Positions 50,177 through 59,230 of a stretch of DNA of 64,000 nucleotides are shown piece by piece; within the stretch, counting starts at the first letter, position 1; every line of letters starts with the position of its first letter. The stretch spans positions 3,233 through 67,232 of the forward strand of contig PFRS01000008.1 in assembly GCA_002788675.1 (NCBI GenBank), written 5' to 3'. The notes beneath the pieces are model-generated. The model made no database searches. It was not told where the DNA came from and saw nothing but the letters and a program-made list of their open reading frames with translations. The translations under genes were made by a program, and so were the position numbers. Origin of the DNA: Candidatus Pacebacteria bacterium CG_4_9_14_0_2_um_filter_40_15 (GTDB lineage Bacteria > Patescibacteriota > Microgenomatia > UBA1400 > PJMF01).

Positions 50177-50180
50177 AAGT

Positions 50181-50320
50181 TCCGTACTCCCTATTTCAAA
50201 TCTACTTACGTCAGGCTTTGAAACAGGGAGTACTCCACGGACACGGTAAAACGTGCTCGCATCCTTCCTCTGAGCTCTTGCTTCGCAGAGGCTCAAAGTA
50301 AGGAAGCTCCCTCGCGGGGC
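50181..50320 (+). other. GC-rich multi-hairpin non-coding element 3' of dnaK
   Basis: GTACTCCCT/AGGGAGTAC with TTTCAAA/TTTGAAA; CACG/CGTG; TGAGC/GCTCA inside CTTCC/GGAAG; GCTCC/GGGGC. Confidence 0.6.
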
Positions 50321-50359
50321 TACAACAAAAATTGGAATCGCTGGACAGACGCGAATCGC

Positions 50360-50393
50360 AAAAGCCCTCGGCCTCACGGCCGGGGGCTTTTTT
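50360..50393 (+). terminator. Intrinsic terminator of the dnaK operon
   Basis: AAAAGCCCTCGGCC-tcac-GGCCGGGGGCTTTTTT. Confidence 0.88.
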
Positions 50394-50664
50394 GTGTACC
50401 TCAAGATACGAAACTCAGTCAAGAATAAACTTGTTTTTACCAAAAAAAGCACACAATATGCCCTCAATACTCGAGGAAAATGCGGAAACTTATAGTATAT
50501 ACGTATTGGGTATGTATTGCATTATTATAAGACTATATGTAAAATAGAAAAAGAAACAAAAGGCCCATAGCAATTTGTGTGTCTACCAGGCTTAAATAAA
50601 CAGAAGTTGTAAGTTTAACATACTGGTAAATACATGTAAATATGGGTTATTTAGAAAGAACAAA

Positions 50665-52983
50665 ATGGGAAAGAATCGAGTTGAAGATTATTCTTCAATA
50701 CAAAGTCAAAAAGCAAAAGGTATGAATTTCGGGCCAAAGTCTAACTATGACCCTAAGTTCCATGAACCTCTACGCCATGCACGCTATCAAGCTCGCATGG
50801 ATGCTGAGGCAACTGAAAAGGCTGCCTTAGAATCTGCTTCCAAAGAAAAAGCTGCAGCTAAGGACACAGAGCATAAATTACATCTTACAAGACCTATTTT
50901 TGCTGAACCTTTCACAATTAATACGACCTCTTCAGAATGGGGAGATGCACACGAGCCACGTGGTATTGCCGGCATAATCAAATCTTTCTATGACGACTAT
51001 TCAGAATCTCTTGAAGCAGTTCGAACATTTTATGTTCAACATAAAGATGACACAATTACACCAGCAATTAAGAATGAGTATCAACAACTGTATGACCGCG
51101 CACAAGACACTTTTGCTCGTGCAAGTTTAGTAAAAGATTTATCTGAGTTAGTCGCAAACTCGCTTTCAGCTGATGCCTTAAAGGCAAGTTCTGCTGATAT
51201 TGCGAGGCGAATCAAAGAGACAGCACTTGGTATTGATCCCAAATATGTCGCTGATTTACTTGCTCAAGACATTAGATCTTTAGGTGGCATTTTAAAATGG
51301 TTGTACGGAGTTCGTAATGTAGATCGCAGACAATTTGCTCTAGCAGTTAAAATTGGAGCAGTGCTTTTATTTGGTACAGTTATTCCAATGAGTTTGTCAG
51401 CATGTGGTGTTACTGTTGAGCCAGGCGTAACAGTTACTGCGACAGGAGAAGATCCAGCAACAGATTTACCACCAACTCAAGAACCAACGGCAGTCCCAAC
51501 GGCTGTTCCAACGGAACCCGCTCCAGTTGCTACAGAGACAGCTGCTCCTGAGTCAACTCAGATTCCAACTAATATCGACGTTTCATACCTTGAGTCGCAA
51601 GGAGTATCCGAAGATGAGATAAATGCAATTATTATTTCACTTATTGGTGATGAAACTACTCAGACTATAGGTAAATTAGAAGCATCACAGGCCAATTTAA
51701 TTGCCTCTGAAAGTAATTTTAGGGTACTTGACGACTCAACAATCATACTTGGCCCAGGAGATTATGGCGATGCAACCTATGGTGAAGGTGACGCTGTTTA
51801 TATAAATGCTGATAATACGTACACTATTTATAGTCATATTGCTTGGGATGGTCAGAGTGAATACCATTTAGACGAATCTTACATCTTAAAAATTGCCCCA
51901 GATGGAACGCCAACTTGGACATCAGAAACCGAAGAAAAAACATTTTACTTTGCAGACTGGGTGTTAGGTGGTGAATTTATTCCTTATGAAATGTATGTTC
52001 AAGAAGTTGACTTATTTGAAGCACAAGCGTTCGCTGAAGCGGGAGGTTTAGCTCCAATAGATCACCTCCAGTACGATGACGTCAATTTTGAAGGTCAGAC
52101 GGTTGGTTATGGTGTTGGAGATGTCCCATTAATAACTCGACAAAATGAAAGTTCAGATTGGGAGACTTATGTGCAGGCAGCTCCAGAATGGTTGTTTGGG
52201 CCAGAGGAAAAAGTCACATACGAATTTGCAGACATGATGGAAATTCCAGCTGGAACAATGGCAATTATTCAGACTGATACTGGTGGTTGGGAATATGTCC
52301 CTTATAATTCTCAAGCTGTTTTAAATTTGCTTAACTTACAAAGTGCAGATCAAATATTGGCACCTGGAGAGTTAAACCTTCAGACACAAGGCGTTATCAA
52401 TTCAGAATCTTTCCCAGCAAAAATGGTGGATGGAATTGGAACGAATAGTCAACTCTTTAGAGCCACTCCGTTTGTGCTAAGAGGCAGTTATAGATTTGTA
52501 TTTCCAAATAAACCAGATTTAACATCAGTTGGTTTCAATGGGTATAGTTGGACAACAGACTCAGCCGGTAATCCATTGTTAATTGCAGAAGCAATTTCAA
52601 TGAAAATTGAAGGACTTTCGGACAACACAACACGTGACTATGGGTCTACTCTTAATCCAGATGGAAGTATTGATTTTATAAGAAGCGGCTCTTTCCAGCC
52701 TCAACTTTGGAAGGATGCAGCTGGAACGCCTTTTAGTTCTTTTGAAGATTTTATAAATTATGTGAGTCAAAATCCAGACAATCCAATTGTAGGGTATCTC
52801 TTAGGAACTGTGCCTGACTCCAGTATGACTGGCTTAGGACAAGCACATCTTAAGTTTGATAGTGGCTCTTTTGACACTAATAAAGAAGTATACAATAACA
52901 CTTTGCAGTATCCTACGATATCGAATGCAATTCCTTTTGCAGGTTTTTATCTTCCTGAAGACTTTGGGAATTCTGAAAACTAG
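50665..52983 (+). CDS. Hypothetical protein with internal RR/hydrophobic/lipobox segment and P/T-rich linker
   Basis: 772 aa; DRRQF at aa 220-224, LSAC at aa 244-247, then PTQEPTAVPTAVPTEP and an acidic domain. Confidence 0.75.
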   Translation: MGKNRVEDYSSIQSQKAKGMNFGPKSNYDPKFHEPLRHARYQARMDAEATEKAALESASKEKAAAKDTEHKLHLTRPIFAEPFTINTTSSEWGDAHEPRGIAGIIKSFYDDYSESLEAVRTFYVQHKDDTITPAIKNEYQQLYDRAQDTFARASLVKDLSELVANSLSADALKASSADIARRIKETALGIDPKYVADLLAQDIRSLGGILKWLYGVRNVDRRQFALAVKIGAVLLFGTVIPMSLSACGVTVEPGVTVTATGEDPATDLPPTQEPTAVPTAVPTEPAPVATETAAPESTQIPTNIDVSYLESQGVSEDEINAIIISLIGDETTQTIGKLEASQANLIASESNFRVLDDSTIILGPGDYGDATYGEGDAVYINADNTYTIYSHIAWDGQSEYHLDESYILKIAPDGTPTWTSETEEKTFYFADWVLGGEFIPYEMYVQEVDLFEAQAFAEAGGLAPIDHLQYDDVNFEGQTVGYGVGDVPLITRQNESSDWETYVQAAPEWLFGPEEKVTYEFADMMEIPAGTMAIIQTDTGGWEYVPYNSQAVLNLLNLQSADQILAPGELNLQTQGVINSESFPAKMVDGIGTNSQLFRATPFVLRGSYRFVFPNKPDLTSVGFNGYSWTTDSAGNPLLIAEAISMKIEGLSDNTTRDYGSTLNPDGSIDFIRSGSFQPQLWKDAAGTPFSSFEDFINYVSQNPDNPIVGYLLGTVPDSSMTGLGQAHLKFDSGSFDTNKEVYNNTLQYPTISNAIPFAGFYLPEDFGNSEN

Positions 52984-53028
52984 TAAGAAAATATACTACA
53001 GAATAATTAAACAAAAGAAAATAAACAG

Positions 53029-53051
53029 AAGCGCCCTTCGGGGCGCTTTTT
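53029..53051 (+). terminator. Intrinsic terminator
   Basis: AAGCGCCC-ttcg-GGGCGCTTTTT. Confidence 0.85.
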
Positions 53052-53120
53052 GTTTAAAGAATAAAAACTATTTCCCCATTGCGCACTTCTTTCCTCTTAG
53101 ACTATACTAAAAATAGAAAT

Positions 53121-53690
53121 ATGAAGAAACCCAATGGAGGAGTTCTAGCTCTAGTATTGTTCGGTGCGATTGCAGTAATGGTATATTTTGTGCTCTCCCG
53201 GTATTCTTCAGGCAGTATTTCTCAACTTTCAAATACCCCAGAACCTAATACAATAACCTCAGAAGAATCTTCTTTTATTCGCAGTGTTGATGTTGATGGG
53301 AATCACACAGTTGAAATTACTGCAGAACTGGTTGGTATCGAGCAAAGAGAAGTGGCACCAGCAAATTTGCAAGAAACATTTCTTATTCTAAAAGCTCCAG
53401 AAAATGATGCAACATTCGAGGTTGGATTAGGGCCAGAGCAACAAATGATCTTCTTTAGAAATGAGCGTTTAGCTCTTACTACCCAAGAAGAAAATGTAAA
53501 GACTGCGGATACGTATCCTTCCACCGAGGTAGCTAAAATGCTCTCTGTTGGAGATACGGTCTCTGTTCAGTTTTTACTTATCCCAGATCTTTCAGAATTT
53601 GTTGACGGTTGGGAAGCATTCTTTATGGATGAAGTTAGTGAGTTGTCTATTAGTTTCAGATTTATTTTAAACGTGGCACTTAAACAATGA
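53121..53690 (+). CDS. Membrane-anchored hypothetical protein
   Basis: N-terminal TM; ATGA overlap with the next gene. Confidence 0.7.
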   Translation: MKKPNGGVLALVLFGAIAVMVYFVLSRYSSGSISQLSNTPEPNTITSEESSFIRSVDVDGNHTVEITAELVGIEQREVAPANLQETFLILKAPENDATFEVGLGPEQQMIFFRNERLALTTQEENVKTADTYPSTEVAKMLSVGDTVSVQFLLIPDLSEFVDGWEAFFMDEVSELSISFRFILNVALKQ

Positions 53691-56600
53691 TTAAAAGAAT
53701 ACTGACTACCGCGACACTTTTTTTGTTTTTCATTTTAACTAGTTATTTGTTGATCAGTGGTGGAGCAGTAAGCATGGTAAAAGCAGCACAATGCTGGGAG
53801 CCAGGTTGCTGTGGGTTTTCACTGGTGTACTATCAATATCAGTGTGAGGCAACGGGTGCTGCGCAAGGACTGTGTAGAGGAATTGGCGAAGACCCATACT
53901 GGTTTTGCCCAAATACCAATTTGACCTATGGTCAGGATTTGGCTGCTTGTACAGGAGCTTGTTCAGTTTCGTGTCAGAAATCCTGTTACAGCGGCTGGGC
54001 TAGCACCTGTGTTATTGACCATCATAACGAGCCCTGTACCGAGGGAACAAATTCATGTACTGCGTCATATGCCGCTATTCAGTGTTCAAGTGCATCAGGA
54101 ACCAATTCGTGTACCGAAGCTACAGGTACTTCATCGTCTAGATCTTGTTATGTGAACGGTGTTCCAGAACCATCAGGGGATACGCCTCCAGATCCAGGCA
54201 ACTGTGACGGCAATTGGTGGAAATGTGTCAGTAGTGTTGCTTGTGTGCCTGCAGCTAATGGGGAGGGTGTGTGTGGAAGTTGTCCATCTGCTTGTGCCCC
54301 TGTGGATAAAGGCATCGTGGCGTTTACCTTTTTTGAGGATACGAACATGAATGGTGTCTGGGATTTTAACTCAGGTGAAGCACGTATTCAGAGGGATGGT
54401 TCTTGTTTAACCACAGGAAATCTTAAGGTTGTGAATGGAGTTAGGCTCTTTTTTGAGAACAATGAGCTTTCACCAAGATGTAACATTCAAAACAGCGAAT
54501 TTGAAGGTGACACTTGTACTTGGGGGCCAGATGAATGTATACGTGATGGGGTGAGAACTGGTAGTTGTAGACCATGGGGATGGGAAAACCAATCGTATGG
54601 AGATAAATGTTTCACTGAAGAGAAGTATTGTAAGAGATGTCACTGGGATAATCAGGGTTGTGTAGACTCGGGTAGGGAAATTGGCATGGCCTGTGGTCCG
54701 GATGGTGTGTATTGTGAGGGTGGTTTAGCTAATATGCGATATGGAAATGTGTACTTACAAGTATCAGAAGTTGGCTATAAGGACATAGATATCGTGTTAC
54801 CAAGCGGTTGGGTGGTAAGTCCCGGCAATTATAACGGTTCAACAAGTTTTGGCGTGAGTGTTACAAATAGTTACAATCGTACTCGTTGTGAAGCAGGACT
54901 TAAGACTATTGGTATAGTGCCTGATTACAACAAACAATGTACGGTTCAGTTGACTGATAATAGCATTACCACAGCTCAGTCAACGTTGGCAATAGTATGG
55001 GGGTATTCTGAAGCTCCCGCTAGTGAGCCCGTTCGTTTAATTCTTGGAAAAGCAGATTATACAGAGATTCTAGATGAAAATAATCAACCAGTAATTCCAG
55101 ATGGTGCTGGTCACATTAATTGGGATGGTCGCCACTATTACATTTTCACTACAACACCAAATATAGCAAATGGTTCATTCGAGACTGGTAATTTGACTAA
55201 TTGGATAGTATCAGGAGGAATGCAGGAGGCATGGGCTGTGGATAGTCAAGTCTGGCCAACAGCTGGTGTTACTGGGCGATACTACTTAAAGATGGTAAAT
55301 AAAAATGATGGCAGCGATGCCTATGTCGCCTCTGATTTGGTGAATACTGGTGCTTCTGTTGCAAGTAGAAACTTTACTCTTTCATTTGATGTTCAGGCTC
55401 ATGCAGGAACTCAGACAATTAATAATATACTTGTTCAGGCTGGGGATGGTACATGGGGAAATATTGGAAGCGTTACTGCAACTACAACGTGGACTAATGT
55501 TACTCGAGACATCACTATGTCACCATCTGCAAATAGCAACAGCGTGCGAGTAGTGCTTCGACCACCGGGAAATACTGTGCCAGTTTACTTTGACAATGTC
55601 ATTCTTACTTCAACAGGAGAAGTTGGTGGTTGTACTTCTGGCAATAGTTCAGCTTGTCAGCAATCTACGCTTATTTCTGGATTACCTGTTGGGGATTATA
55701 AACTTCACTGTGATTTACCAACAGCTCCACAACAATGTTCAGGTAACCCTAACTGTACCTACGAGGGGGGAACTGTAAACTGTACAGCAAACGGTTGGGT
55801 CTCATGTAGCGGACAGGATAATGTTAATCTTGAAGTGACGTGTTCTCCTCAATGTGGTCAATTCGCTGGATGTCCATCTACTGATCTTGGAAACCCAACT
55901 ATTAGTAATGCGCAACCAACACCAACACGAAATATGACTACCTACCCAGGTACAGTGCCAATTACTTGGACAGATACTACAACCTTGAGCGATTATTGGA
56001 CAGTTATTGTCTATGGTGGCAATCAGTTGAATGATTCTCAACGAAATACCATTGCTGATGCATGTGCTACCTATACTGGTACAGGTGACACCCTTTGTGG
56101 TCAGGTAACCTTTGCATCTTTCGACGCAAATCATGACGGGATCCTAGACTCGACTCCAACATTTACGTATGATCCTGAAGTCCTGAAAGATAATTCACTT
56201 CGTGTTGCAGTTCGGGCTACAAATGATAGCTGTACTCCATTTACAGGCAGCGATCAAAACTCGGGATGGATAGATGTGCCACTTAACTTAGTTGCCAATG
56301 TGACAGGTACGCTGTATGAGGGTGATGGAAATCCTTCTGGAAGTGTGTGTACTGGACCAACAGGAACAACAGCTGGATTCTCAGCTGCTGCAGCGACAAG
56401 AAGACTTGCAGCTGCATCTGGAGGTATTGATGATACTGCTCTGAGTCATCTCTTTACGATTCAAAATGTCCCGTATATTCCAACTATTGCTTGGGGTTCA
56501 GGTACGAATATCACAATGAGTCTTACAAATGCTGATATGACCCAAGCACTTGCTTGCGAATGCCCTTCAGCATTTAACCAGGGTGATCCGTTTACCTGTC

Positions 56601-57598
56601 GATATGGAAACGTATTGACACCATCAAGCGGTACTCCACAAAACTTCTGGTTGCAGGAATATAATCTGGTCAATGGCCCTTGGTGGCAGACATGGGGCGG
56701 TACGGTGTATGCTGCATCAGGAAACATAGTCTCAGATATACCTCAAGTATGTATTGATGATAGTACTGGATATTGCAGATCCTACATGGTGGCACAAGAC
56801 GCTGATTTAACGGCTGATTCTGCTGGCGTTCCTATGTCCGGTAGCGGCGCATACTCATCTGGAGATACTCAAGGATATGTTACTGATCGTGATTTACAGC
56901 AAGTTGCTGTAGGCACGTACCATGATAATCTTAAACAAGAAAATTATGATTTCTTTATTCGTGAGATCCTCATTTCTGATTATGCAAATACAGTACCAGC
57001 TAGCGTAAGAGTATCAAATGACATATTTAATTCAGATTTTACGACTGATGCTGATGATGGAACGCGTATTTACTATGCATCGGGTGCAGTTACTATCGAT
57101 CCTACTGCAACCATTGAGTTACCAGCAGGTGTTGATAAAGCAGTAGTGCTTATTAACGGTGACTTAACTGTTCAAGATAATGGAGATATAGAGCAAGTTA
57201 TTAATGTTGATGATGGCGACTTCTTAGGTTTCATTGTAAACGGCAACATTACCTTTGAAGCATCTGTTGGTTTCGATAAAGATATGACTAACTTAGTGCC
57301 TGTAACGGATGATACAAACGTTGAGGGACTCTTTGTGGCAGATGAATCACTGATTGTTGCTGGATATGACGCCTTGAGTCAGCCACAGTTGGTAGATCGC
57401 AAGTTTATCGGAGCAGGAACATTTGTCGGATTCTCAGGTGTATCTTTAAATCGTGACTTCGAGAACAGTGTTGACCCTTTAACACGCTCAATGAATAATC
57501 TCGATCCGGTCTCAACATTCGTATATCGTCCTGACCTAGTCAAAAATCTACCTCGTTTCATGCACACTCCTGGCTTAATTTGGCAGGAAGTCAACTAA
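53687..57598 (+). CDS. Large secreted Cys-rich surface protein with CBM4/9-like domain
   Basis: Signal peptide; many Cys; NGSFETGNLTNW...VYFDNVIL; C-terminal PWWQTWGG...YRPDL...WQEVN. Confidence 0.78.
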   Translation: MIKRILTTATLFLFFILTSYLLISGGAVSMVKAAQCWEPGCCGFSLVYYQYQCEATGAAQGLCRGIGEDPYWFCPNTNLTYGQDLAACTGACSVSCQKSCYSGWASTCVIDHHNEPCTEGTNSCTASYAAIQCSSASGTNSCTEATGTSSSRSCYVNGVPEPSGDTPPDPGNCDGNWWKCVSSVACVPAANGEGVCGSCPSACAPVDKGIVAFTFFEDTNMNGVWDFNSGEARIQRDGSCLTTGNLKVVNGVRLFFENNELSPRCNIQNSEFEGDTCTWGPDECIRDGVRTGSCRPWGWENQSYGDKCFTEEKYCKRCHWDNQGCVDSGREIGMACGPDGVYCEGGLANMRYGNVYLQVSEVGYKDIDIVLPSGWVVSPGNYNGSTSFGVSVTNSYNRTRCEAGLKTIGIVPDYNKQCTVQLTDNSITTAQSTLAIVWGYSEAPASEPVRLILGKADYTEILDENNQPVIPDGAGHINWDGRHYYIFTTTPNIANGSFETGNLTNWIVSGGMQEAWAVDSQVWPTAGVTGRYYLKMVNKNDGSDAYVASDLVNTGASVASRNFTLSFDVQAHAGTQTINNILVQAGDGTWGNIGSVTATTTWTNVTRDITMSPSANSNSVRVVLRPPGNTVPVYFDNVILTSTGEVGGCTSGNSSACQQSTLISGLPVGDYKLHCDLPTAPQQCSGNPNCTYEGGTVNCTANGWVSCSGQDNVNLEVTCSPQCGQFAGCPSTDLGNPTISNAQPTPTRNMTTYPGTVPITWTDTTTLSDYWTVIVYGGNQLNDSQRNTIADACATYTGTGDTLCGQVTFASFDANHDGILDSTPTFTYDPEVLKDNSLRVAVRATNDSCTPFTGSDQNSGWIDVPLNLVANVTGTLYEGDGNPSGSVCTGPTGTTAGFSAAAATRRLAAASGGIDDTALSHLFTIQNVPYIPTIAWGSGTNITMSLTNADMTQALACECPSAFNQGDPFTCRYGNVLTPSSGTPQNFWLQEYNLVNGPWWQTWGGTVYAASGNIVSDIPQVCIDDSTGYCRSYMVAQDADLTADSAGVPMSGSGAYSSGDTQGYVTDRDLQQVAVGTYHDNLKQENYDFFIREILISDYANTVPASVRVSNDIFNSDFTTDADDGTRIYYASGAVTIDPTATIELPAGVDKAVVLINGDLTVQDNGDIEQVINVDDGDFLGFIVNGNITFEASVGFDKDMTNLVPVTDDTNVEGLFVADESLIVAGYDALSQPQLVDRKFIGAGTFVGFSGVSLNRDFENSVDPLTRSMNNLDPVSTFVYRPDLVKNLPRFMHTPGLIWQEVN

Positions 57599-57609
57599 GG
57601 AGGCTCGTC

Positions 57610-58269
57610 ATGATAGAAAAATCTGCTGTGTCTTCAGCAAAGAAATCAAGCACACGTTCGTTGACTAAATTTGCCTTTTTAGCTGTAGCTATTACTCTGA
57701 TACTTGGTACCACCAAAAACTGGATGGATTCTCGTAGGTTTCAAAACAACGGCACTCAATTTGATGGTGAGGTTGATGATCAGAATGGTATTCCTGTAGA
57801 TCGTGCTGCTCAGATTTTTTCTGATGTTCTTCCACAGCTCTTTCCAGGAATATTCTTTGGGAATGCTACGATCGATGGCACACACACAATTGTAGTAGCA
57901 GGATTCTTTGGAGAACAACTTCAGTTAGAAAAAAATGAAGGAGAATTGATCCCGGTTATAAAGATATTTCCATACACCTATGATAAACAAAAACCCTTTT
58001 ATATGAGTTTGACAAATAAGGATGCTGAAGTTGTTGTGATTGAGCGAGATGTTCAGAAAACTATGTCTCTTTCTAAAATTGTTTCAAAGTTCAGTGTAGG
58101 GCGACCAGTCGCAATAACGTATACCTACTCTGCAGATGATGAGTTCGCGTACATGAATTCGGTTCTTGATTTGGAGCGACTTAACGATCATCTTAAATTT
58201 GGAAAAGAAGAGAGTCCATACAAAGTTATCCTATCTTCTGATAACATAACAAATATACGACTTTTTTAG
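57610..58269 (+). CDS. Membrane-anchored hypothetical protein
   Basis: AGGAGG before ATG 57610; N-terminal TM. Confidence 0.7.
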   Translation: MIEKSAVSSAKKSSTRSLTKFAFLAVAITLILGTTKNWMDSRRFQNNGTQFDGEVDDQNGIPVDRAAQIFSDVLPQLFPGIFFGNATIDGTHTIVVAGFFGEQLQLEKNEGELIPVIKIFPYTYDKQKPFYMSLTNKDAEVVVIERDVQKTMSLSKIVSKFSVGRPVAITYTYSADDEFAYMNSVLDLERLNDHLKFGKEESPYKVILSSDNITNIRLF

Positions 58270-58287
58270 CGCAGTATAGCCCTCCAT

Positions 58288-58314
58288 TTAGCAGTCAATT
58301 TATTTAACTGCTTA
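58288..58314 (+). promoter_or_regulatory. CIRCE-like element upstream of dnaJ
   Basis: TTAGCAGTC-N9-AACTGCTTA. Confidence 0.72.
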
Positions 58315-58348
58315 ACTTTTTGTACAATTATTGTTAGAATAAGTTCCT

Positions 58349-59215
58349 ATGTCTACTAAACGTGATTATTACGAAATTCTTGGTGTTACTAAGTCAGCTA
58401 CAGAAAAAGAGCTCAAGTCTGCCTATCGGAAGCAGGCCCTTAAGTGGCATCCAGATAAAAATGCAAATAATAAAGAAGAGGCTGAGACTAAGTTTAAGGA
58501 AATAAACGAGGCCTATCAGATTCTCTCAGACACCCAGAAGCGTCAAGCTTATGACCAGTTTGGTCATGCAGCTTTTGATCCTGCAAGTGGAATGGGTGGA
58601 GGTGGTAATCCATTTGGTGGTGGATTTGGTCAAGGGCCGTTTACCTATACCTACAACTCCTCTGGTGGCAATCCCTTTGGACAAGGTGACGTCGGTGATC
58701 CATTTGAAATTTTTGAACAATTCTTTGGTGGTGGTTTTGGTAGACAAGCACAGCGAAGACCTCGCTACACCCTGAGGGTCGAGTTTATGGAAGCGGTAAA
58801 CGGGGTTGAAAAAGAATTTGAAATTGAGGGTAAAAAATACAAAATTAAAGTTCCAGCAGGAGCTAATGATGGAACCAGACTCCGGTTTAATGATTTTGAC
58901 ATAACTATTGATGTTAAAACGCACCCACGCTATAAAAGAGATGGATACGATGTCTTTGTTGATCATGAAATTTCGTTTTCATTAGCAGCTTTGGGTGGAG
59001 TTACAGAGGTAGAAACGCTACATGATAAGCTTAAGCTTAAGGTTCGTCCCGGAACAACTTCTCACTCTTTGGTTAGGTTGCGTGGAGAGGGTATCGCGCA
59101 CCTTCGAGGCAATGGAAATGGTGATTTATATGTCCGCCTGCTCATCACTGTTCCTGAAAAGCCTAATCGAGCACAGAAAAAACTACTGGAAAAATTAAGT
59201 GATCTTGGGTTGTAG
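58349..59215 (+). CDS. dnaJ: DnaJ-class co-chaperone lacking the zinc finger (class B)
   Basis: [16 protein letters not shown]-rich linker, C-terminal domain; no CxxCxGxG repeats. Confidence 0.88.
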   Translation: MSTKRDYYEILGVTKSATEKELKSAYRKQALKWHPDKNANNKEEAETKFKEINEAYQILSDTQKRQAYDQFGHAAFDPASGMGGGGNPFGGGFGQGPFTYTYNSSGGNPFGQGDVGDPFEIFEQFFGGGFGRQAQRRPRYTLRVEFMEAVNGVEKEFEIEGKKYKIKVPAGANDGTRLRFNDFDITIDVKTHPRYKRDGYDVFVDHEISFSLAALGGVTEVETLHDKLKLKVRPGTTSHSLVRLRGEGIAHLRGNGNGDLYVRLLITVPEKPNRAQKKLLEKLSDLGL

Positions 59216-59230
59216 TTTGTGCTATGAGTG

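Noticed and set aside
50181-50360. tmRNA, RNase P RNA or SRP RNA identity for the structured element
   Set aside because: No tRNA-like ends or tag frame, and no RNase P or SRP conserved motifs recognised by eye.
50144-50547. ORFs 50144-50467 and 50332-50547 after dnaK
   Set aside because: They run through hairpins and the terminator, with no ribosome-binding site or protein-like features.
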